Below, piece by piece: positions 58,728 to 64,000 of a DNA stretch of 64,000 bases (its first letter is position 1; every line of letters starts with the position of its first letter). The stretch is from Candidatus Bathyarchaeota archaeon. GTDB taxonomy: Archaea; Thermoproteota; Bathyarchaeia; TCS64. The notes under the pieces are model-generated. The model was not told the origin of the DNA. It made no database searches and saw only the letters and a list, made by a program, of their open reading frames with translations. The stretch covers positions 36,090 to 100,089 of the forward strand of contig JAOZHO010000050.1 of the NCBI GenBank assembly GCA_026014875.1, in the 5' to 3' direction. Both the position numbers and the translations under genes were made by a program.

Positions 58728-58889
58728 TCAAGAAAACGCGGAGACCGCCGGTTCATCGATCTCCTTCTGGCGCTGCTCCCGGAGGCGTCTCTGGAGACTC
58801 CGGTAGGTGCTGTAATCCATGACGACGCAGCATCCGAAGAGGATCGCGGCTGTAAGTACTATGGCCATCAGTAAATAGTGCCAGACCAT
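58728..58889 (-). CDS. Small single-pass membrane protein (53 aa, below the ORF-track cut-off)
   Basis: MVWHYLLMAIVLTAAILFGCCVVMDYSTYRSLQRRLREQRQKEIDEPAVSAFS*; AT-rich promoter-like region upstream. Confidence 0.5.
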   Translation of the reverse strand: MVWHYLLMAIVLTAAILFGCCVVMDYSTYRSLQRRLREQRQKEIDEPAVSAFS

Positions 58890-59048
58890 GGCTGCCGTTT
58901 ATGTCGATAAATCGTGTATTTATAATATTTATGATATATATGATAAATAAGGTAATTAAGGATAAAATAAAGGATTATTTTATAGTAATTATTTAAAATT
59001 GAATAATGGGCGTCCTTAATTCTCATCGATGAAATTCAATTCTATAGT

Positions 59049-59459
59049 TCAGCGAATAACCCCATCGACCTCGAGGAAAGCCCTCTGACGGAGAAAAACA
59101 ACGGACACACCCTCTTTCTTCAGAGCCTTCCTGAGTTCAGCGTCATTAGTCGCGACACTGAATCCCTGCTCGATCGCAACCCTCACCAGAGATTGATCCA
59201 CAGCCTCCCCGGCTCTCAAGGAGTTCTCGAATACATCGCATATCTCCGCCATCTTTCTCGCGAAGCTGATCTCCTTGAGGAAACCCGGTTTAGCCCCTAG
59301 CCTCAGAAGGTCGAGTTCTTTGAGGACTGGGCGGGTCACAAGGCATTTGATATTTTCACCCAGGAGGCGTCTTAGCTCCGCGAAAATGTCCACGCCAAAT
59401 TTTAACGGTATAAATAGGAAGTTGGAGTCGAGGAGCACCGCGACTTGGTGCCTATCCAA
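59049..59459 (-). CDS. PIN-domain protein (Fcf1/Utp24-like), aIF2-gamma neighbour
   Basis: VLLDSNFLFIP, V...EL, VATNDAELRK; TTG start just after the eif2g stop. Confidence 0.88.
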   Translation of the reverse strand: MDRHQVAVLLDSNFLFIPLKFGVDIFAELRRLLGENIKCLVTRPVLKELDLLRLGAKPGFLKEISFARKMAEICDVFENSLRAGEAVDQSLVRVAIEQGFSVATNDAELRKALKKEGVSVVFLRQRAFLEVDGVIR

Positions 59460-59461
59460 GT

Positions 59462-60700
59462 CTAGCCCTTCAGCGTGCCGACGCCTATCAGCCGCCACCT
59501 GCTCCCGATCCTCCGGCTTAGGGCCACCCGATCCCCGGCCTCCCCGCAGACGGGGATGGTCAGCGTGGCCTCGAGGTAGTCTTTGGCTACCTTGGTGACG
59601 GCCCCCATGGTCTTGGCGGTCCCCACGTTGAGGAGGAGCCGCTCTCCCTTGGCGACCGAGGCCACCTTCCCCATATCTCGGCTCCCTATGACGTTCTCGA
59701 ATAGCCGTATGTCGAGACTGATCTCCCCGAGGACGGGGGGAAGTGTTCCTGGCTTGCCTATGAGGCTGCCTACGAGGCCGTCGGACTTTGTGAGGGATGG
59801 GTCGAGGAGGGTGCCTACTCCTACGAGTCCCCCCGGCATGGCCTGCTTCACCGTGGTGTTCCCGGAGTGGAGGCTCGTGATCTCGGTGAAGAGCCCCTTC
59901 ATCTTGACTTTGTTCTTCTCCCGGACGGGGAGGCCCGGCCTGATCTCGACCTCCTCCCCCGCCTCGAAGCTCCCTTGGATTATGGAGCCTCCCACGACGC
60001 CTCCCTTCAGATTATCGATGGAAGTGCCGGGGACGTTGACGTCAAAGCTCCTCACGATGTACATCCTGGAGGACTCCGTAGTCGCCCTCTCTGGGGTCTT
60101 GAGATACTCCTCCATAGCCTGGAGAAGGAGGTCCGTATTGACCTCGTGCTGGGCTGAGACTGGGATTATCGGGGCGTCCTCTGCCACTGAGCCCTCCACG
60201 AACTTTTGGATATCATTATAGTGGCGGATCGCGTCCTCCCGGGTCACGATGTCAATCTTGTTCTGGACGATGAGAACATTCTCGAGGCCAACGATATCGA
60301 TGGCCGCGAGGTGCTCTCGGGTCTGAGGCTGGGGGCAGCGCTCATCGGCGGCGATTACCAGGATGGCGCCGTCCATGACGGCTGCGCCGCTGAGCATCGT
60401 TGCCATGAGAATCTCGTGGCCCGGGGCGTCCACGAAACTGACGGCCCTCTGGAACTCCGCCTCGGTTCCGCATTGAGGGCATGATGTGGACGTGCAGTAG
60501 CATTGGGGCTCGTCGCAGTTGGGGCACTTGTAGATAGCGGCGTCAGCATACCCCAGCTTGATAGTGATCCCCCTCTTCAGCTCCTCGCTGTGGCGGGAGG
60601 CCCATACGCCGGTGAGCGCCTGGACCAAGGTTGTCTTCCCGTGGTCGACGTGACCTATGGTGCCGATGTTGATCTCGGGTTGGCTCGGAAATTTAGGAAT
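59462..60700 (-). CDS. eif2g: Translation initiation factor aIF2 gamma subunit; probable ATT start
   Basis: QPEINIGTIGHVDHGKTTLVQALTG, EELKRGITIKLGY, zinc knuckle, DAPGHE, QTREH, NKID; in-frame TAA at 60718-60716. Confidence 0.95.
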   Translation of the reverse strand: MPKFPSQPEINIGTIGHVDHGKTTLVQALTGVWASRHSEELKRGITIKLGYADAAIYKCPNCDEPQCYCTSTSCPQCGTEAEFQRAVSFVDAPGHEILMATMLSGAAVMDGAILVIAADERCPQPQTREHLAAIDIVGLENVLIVQNKIDIVTREDAIRHYNDIQKFVEGSVAEDAPIIPVSAQHEVNTDLLLQAMEEYLKTPERATTESSRMYIVRSFDVNVPGTSIDNLKGGVVGGSIIQGSFEAGEEVEIRPGLPVREKNKVKMKGLFTEITSLHSGNTTVKQAMPGGLVGVGTLLDPSLTKSDGLVGSLIGKPGTLPPVLGEISLDIRLFENVIGSRDMGKVASVAKGERLLLNVGTAKTMGAVTKVAKDYLEATLTIPVCGEAGDRVALSRRIGSRWRLIGVGTLKG

Positions 60701-60746
60701 CTTGATTCTCCCCTTTTAACGGTCACAGTAGTTGGGGGGGTTGGTC

Positions 60747-61655
60747 CTATAAACGTTTATGAATTGATGCATGAGGTTGCTTGGAGGCTCCCGAGGCCCT
60801 AGATCTCCCAATTCCTTCGCCCTGAATCGCTCTATCCGGCTCGAAGAGGATCATCGAAAGCAAAGCGAGGAGCTCCTCCTCCCCTGAGAAGATCGAGTCC
60901 TCGAAGAGGATAGCCCCCTCCCGGGAGGCGATCCGGGCCAGCAGGAACCGCTCATCGTCCGAGTTGATGAAAATGACGGGGGCTGTGAAGTCCACCTTGT
61001 TGATCTGGACCACGTAGGAGAGTTCCCTCGCGAGGGAGCTGGTCTTCGGGTCCAGAGGGGAGTGAAGGATGACTCGTATCCCCCGGTTGTTATTCTCATC
61101 GAGGAGTCGGTGAGCGGAGTTGAAGAGGAGGCCCAGCCCGTCCTCGTTCGTCAGTATTGTGAGGCTCCTCTGAGATTTCCCGATCATCTCGAGACACTTC
61201 CGCATCGTCTCTCCCTCCTCCTCGATATACCACACGATCTTCTTCCTCGGGCGGGCATCGTCCCGCTTTTTCTCATGGGTCCTCGTCAAAGCTTGGAGGA
61301 CCGCGTCGAAGTCTAGGGCCCTTCTCCTGAAATCGTCTAGGAGGGCCTCGAAGGCCTCGGCCGGATTGGAGGGCATGAAGACCTTGGGGGATCCCGGGAT
61401 CTCCACGACGAGGCCGTTGTCGATCAGCTTCCTCAGGGTCCCATAAACCTTCGTCCTGGGGACCCTGCAGTGGAGGCTCAGCCTCCTCGCTCCCGACGAG
61501 CCCAGGATGAGGAGACTCAGATACACCTTTGACTCGTACTCCGAGAGGCCCGTGTAGTCAACGATCTTGGGCCATGTTGCGAGGAGGTTATCGATGTCTC
61601 GGGTGCGGGCTCTTCTCGTGGGTTTATGCTCCTTGACGAAGGCGTATCTACTCAT
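60747..61655 (-). CDS. TrmB-family transcriptional regulator
   Basis: GLSEYESKVYLSLL...VPRTKVYGTLRKL...GLV wHTH followed by an effector-binding domain. Confidence 0.88.
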   Translation of the reverse strand: MSRYAFVKEHKPTRRARTRDIDNLLATWPKIVDYTGLSEYESKVYLSLLILGSSGARRLSLHCRVPRTKVYGTLRKLIDNGLVVEIPGSPKVFMPSNPAEAFEALLDDFRRRALDFDAVLQALTRTHEKKRDDARPRKKIVWYIEEEGETMRKCLEMIGKSQRSLTILTNEDGLGLLFNSAHRLLDENNNRGIRVILHSPLDPKTSSLARELSYVVQINKVDFTAPVIFINSDDERFLLARIASREGAILFEDSIFSGEEELLALLSMILFEPDRAIQGEGIGRSRASGASKQPHASIHKRL

Positions 61656-61871
61656 AGAATCCCTTTACGTTGTTGAGATTCCGATCTAACTCCTTTTTTT
61701 AATGCTGTCACTATCGTGATCGAAGTATAGTTACAAATTTCAATAAATCTTAAGATTATGATGCACGCTTGAGAGGTGCCTTGGCCTTATTTTCAATTGT
61801 ATAATGTTTTTCCTTTAGGCTAAACAGTTTTATAACTACGCTCTTGTATGTTTTTGATTCAGGTGGATCAG

Positions 61872-62078
61872 ATGGTCAATGATACAAATGTCCCCGTAAA
61901 AATCCCTAAGGAGCTCTACGAGAAGATCGAGGAGAAGATCTCAGGTACAAGCTTCGCGTCCGTTGAGGCGTACATCGTGAGTAAGCTCGAGAACGAGTTC
62001 CCCGCTGAACCTGTCTACACCAAGGAGGAGGAGGATCTCATCAGGGAGCGCCTCCGCCGTCTGGGATACATCGAGTGA
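61872..62078 (+). CDS. CopG/ribbon-helix-helix small protein
   Basis: VKIPKELYEKI RHH pattern; C-terminal EEEDLIRERLRRLGYIE; AGGTGG SD. Confidence 0.8.
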   Translation: MVNDTNVPVKIPKELYEKIEEKISGTSFASVEAYIVSKLENEFPAEPVYTKEEEDLIRERLRRLGYIE

Positions 62079-62088
62079 GGGTCACTGT

Positions 62089-63234
62089 ATGCTCCCTCCC
62101 CACGGCGGCAAGCTCGTAGACAGACTCGTCCCAGAAGTAGATCAGGCGAGATACAGGGAAGAGGCTGCTGAACTTTTCGAGGTATCCGTCTCCCTAGAGA
62201 CAAGGAAAGATTACGAGAGCATTTCCTATGGGCTCTTCAGCCCATTAGAGGGACCCCTGATGTCGAATGACTACTCGTCGGTCTTGGTCAACGGGCGGCT
62301 CGAGAATGGCATCCCATGGACCTTCCCGATTGTTCTCGACGTATCCGAGAAGGTGGCAGCTGAGATTAGTGAAGGAGATGACGTGATGCTCTCCCAATCG
62401 GGGGAGCCGTTCTCGGTTCTCCACGTGGAGGACAAGTACTCTATCGATAAGCGAGTTCACGCGGAGAAGATATTCAACACGGTGGAGGGTGCCCACCCCG
62501 GGGTCGCGCGCACCATGGAGATGGGCGAGGTGCTGCTCGGGGGGAGGATAGACCTCTTCGAGGACTCCCCGGGGAAATTCCCGAGGTACCGGCTTAAGCC
62601 CAAGGAGACCCGGTTTCTCTTCAACGAGATGGGGTGGAGGAGCATCGCGGGCTTCCAGACACGTAACGCCCCCCACATAGGTCATGAATACATTCAGAAG
62701 ACGTCCCTCGCCTTCGTGGACGGATTGTTCATCAACCCTTTGATCGGGAGGAAGAAAGCGGGAGACTTTAAGGATGAGGTTATCATCGACTCCTACGAGG
62801 CCCTCATACAGCATTATTATCTCAAGAACTCGGCGGTCATGATAACCCTCGAGATGGAGATGAGGTATGCGGGGCCAAGGGAAGCCATATTCCACGCCAT
62901 CGTCAGGAAGAACTACGGTTGCACCCACTTCGTGGTGGGTCGAGACCACGCCGGCGTCGGAAACTACTACGGCCCGTATGAGGCCCAGGACAAGTTCGAT
63001 GAGTACCCTGATCTGGGGATCGCCCCCATCTTCTTCCGGAGCTTCTTCTACTGTAAAAAGTGCGGTAGTGTGGAGAACGACAAGATCTGCCCCCACGGGG
63101 CAGAGCACCATATCAACTTCAGCGGGACCAAGATGCGAGAGCTCCTGAAGAACGGGGAGAGGCCAACAAGCGAGATGATGCGCCCCGAAGTGGTGGACGC
63201 CATATTAAAGCATCCTGAACCGTTCGTGGGATAA
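62089..63234 (+). CDS. sat: Sulfate adenylyltransferase (ATP sulfurylase)
   Basis: PPHGGKL, FQTRNAPHIGHE, YAGPREA, GRDHAGVG, SGTKMR. Confidence 0.95.
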   Translation: MLPPHGGKLVDRLVPEVDQARYREEAAELFEVSVSLETRKDYESISYGLFSPLEGPLMSNDYSSVLVNGRLENGIPWTFPIVLDVSEKVAAEISEGDDVMLSQSGEPFSVLHVEDKYSIDKRVHAEKIFNTVEGAHPGVARTMEMGEVLLGGRIDLFEDSPGKFPRYRLKPKETRFLFNEMGWRSIAGFQTRNAPHIGHEYIQKTSLAFVDGLFINPLIGRKKAGDFKDEVIIDSYEALIQHYYLKNSAVMITLEMEMRYAGPREAIFHAIVRKNYGCTHFVVGRDHAGVGNYYGPYEAQDKFDEYPDLGIAPIFFRSFFYCKKCGSVENDKICPHGAEHHINFSGTKMRELLKNGERPTSEMMRPEVVDAILKHPEPFVG

Positions 63235-64000
63235 TGACGATGCGGAAGGCTATCCTCGTCGGGCTTGACTGCGCGGCACCCGCGCTCCTCTTCGAGAGGT
63301 TCATCGACAGGCTCCCCAACTTCCGCAGGCTCATGGAGAAGGGGGTCTATGGTAGGCTCGAGAGCAGCGATCCGCCGATCACTATACCCGCCTGGACCGT
63401 GATGGCCTCGAGCAGGTCCCCTGGTTCTCTGGGGCTCTACGGATTCCGTCACAGGAGGAACAACTCCTACAAGGATATCTGGATCGCATCCTCGAGGAGG
63501 GTGCAAGCCAAGAGGATCTGGGACTACGTCTCGGAGGCGGGGGGAAAGTCTTGTCTGGTTGGCATTCCGCCGAGTTATCCCCCGTATCCCGTTGACGGTT
63601 GGCTGGTCGGGGGCTTCATCACCCCTGACACGAACAGGGAGTACACCTATCCACCTGAACTCGGCGAGGAGATCAAGGGAGTAGTCAAAGATTACACGGT
63701 GGACGTCGAGTTCCGCATCGAGGACAAGGCCGGCCTCGTCAGGGAGCTCTTCCAGATGACTGAGAATCATTTCGAGGCTCTCAAGCATCTGGCGAGGACG
63801 AAGGATTGGAGCTTTTTCATGTTCGTGGAGATCGGCCTCGACCGGATCCACCACGCCTTCTGGAAGTACTTCGACGAGGAGCATTATCTTTACGAGCCCG
63901 GGAGCGAGTTCGAGGACGTAGTGGGGGACTATTACGAGCTCCTCGACAGGAAGCTGGGGGAGCTCCTGGAGATTGTGGACGACGACACAGTGGTCTTCGT
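63234..64000 (+). CDS. AlkP-superfamily type I phosphodiesterase/nucleotide pyrophosphatase (partial, runs off window end)
   Basis: Hand translation: MTMRKAILVGLDCA...LESSDPPITIPAW...GLDRIHHAFW; ATG overlaps the sat stop. Confidence 0.88.
   Translation, partial: MTMRKAILVGLDCAAPALLFERFIDRLPNFRRLMEKGVYGRLESSDPPITIPAWTVMASSRSPGSLGLYGFRHRRNNSYKDIWIASSRRVQAKRIWDYVSEAGGKSCLVGIPPSYPPYPVDGWLVGGFITPDTNREYTYPPELGEEIKGVVKDYTVDVEFRIEDKAGLVRELFQMTENHFEALKHLARTKDWSFFMFVEIGLDRIHHAFWKYFDEEHYLYEPGSEFEDVVGDYYELLDRKLGELLEIVDDDTVVF

Noticed and set aside
62089-63234. Dissimilatory sulfate reduction
   Set aside because: No aprAB, qmo or dsr in the window; the context is RHH plus an AlkP-family gene

Overview
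High-GC archaeal chromosome segment whose gene content and order fit TACK, most likely Bathyarchaeia (inference). It holds a type IV pilus-like locus (ATPase, TadC, pilin-like proteins, prepilin peptidase) beside a VWA/AAA+ pair, amino-acid/polyamine catabolic genes with a partial Na+-pumping biotin decarboxylase, and an H4MPT C1 module (mch, fwdD-B-A-ftr-fwdC-RimK). It also holds the KEOPS/ribosomal block (drg, kae1, bud32, rdgB, rps15, GAN, pcc1, rps3Ae), glmM/glmU, ychF, rpl15e, hppA, aIF2-gamma and the start of a sat/AlkP-family cluster. A ~4.7 kb low-GC island lies between rdgB and rps15. It carries a frameshifted collagen-like gene, a DUF3800-like RNase H-fold gene directly followed by a three-way-junction RNA, and a SAP/wHTH/Cys-rich PD-(D/E)xK nuclease, all separated by related short repeats. 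Other highlights: an unassigned ~226-nt structured RNA candidate between pcc1 and rps3Ae, and an aIF2-gamma gene with no ATG/GTG/TTG before its P-loop (probable ATT start). I found no tRNA, rRNA, CRISPR array, integrase or transposase. All calls come from reading the sequence by eye; no searches were run.
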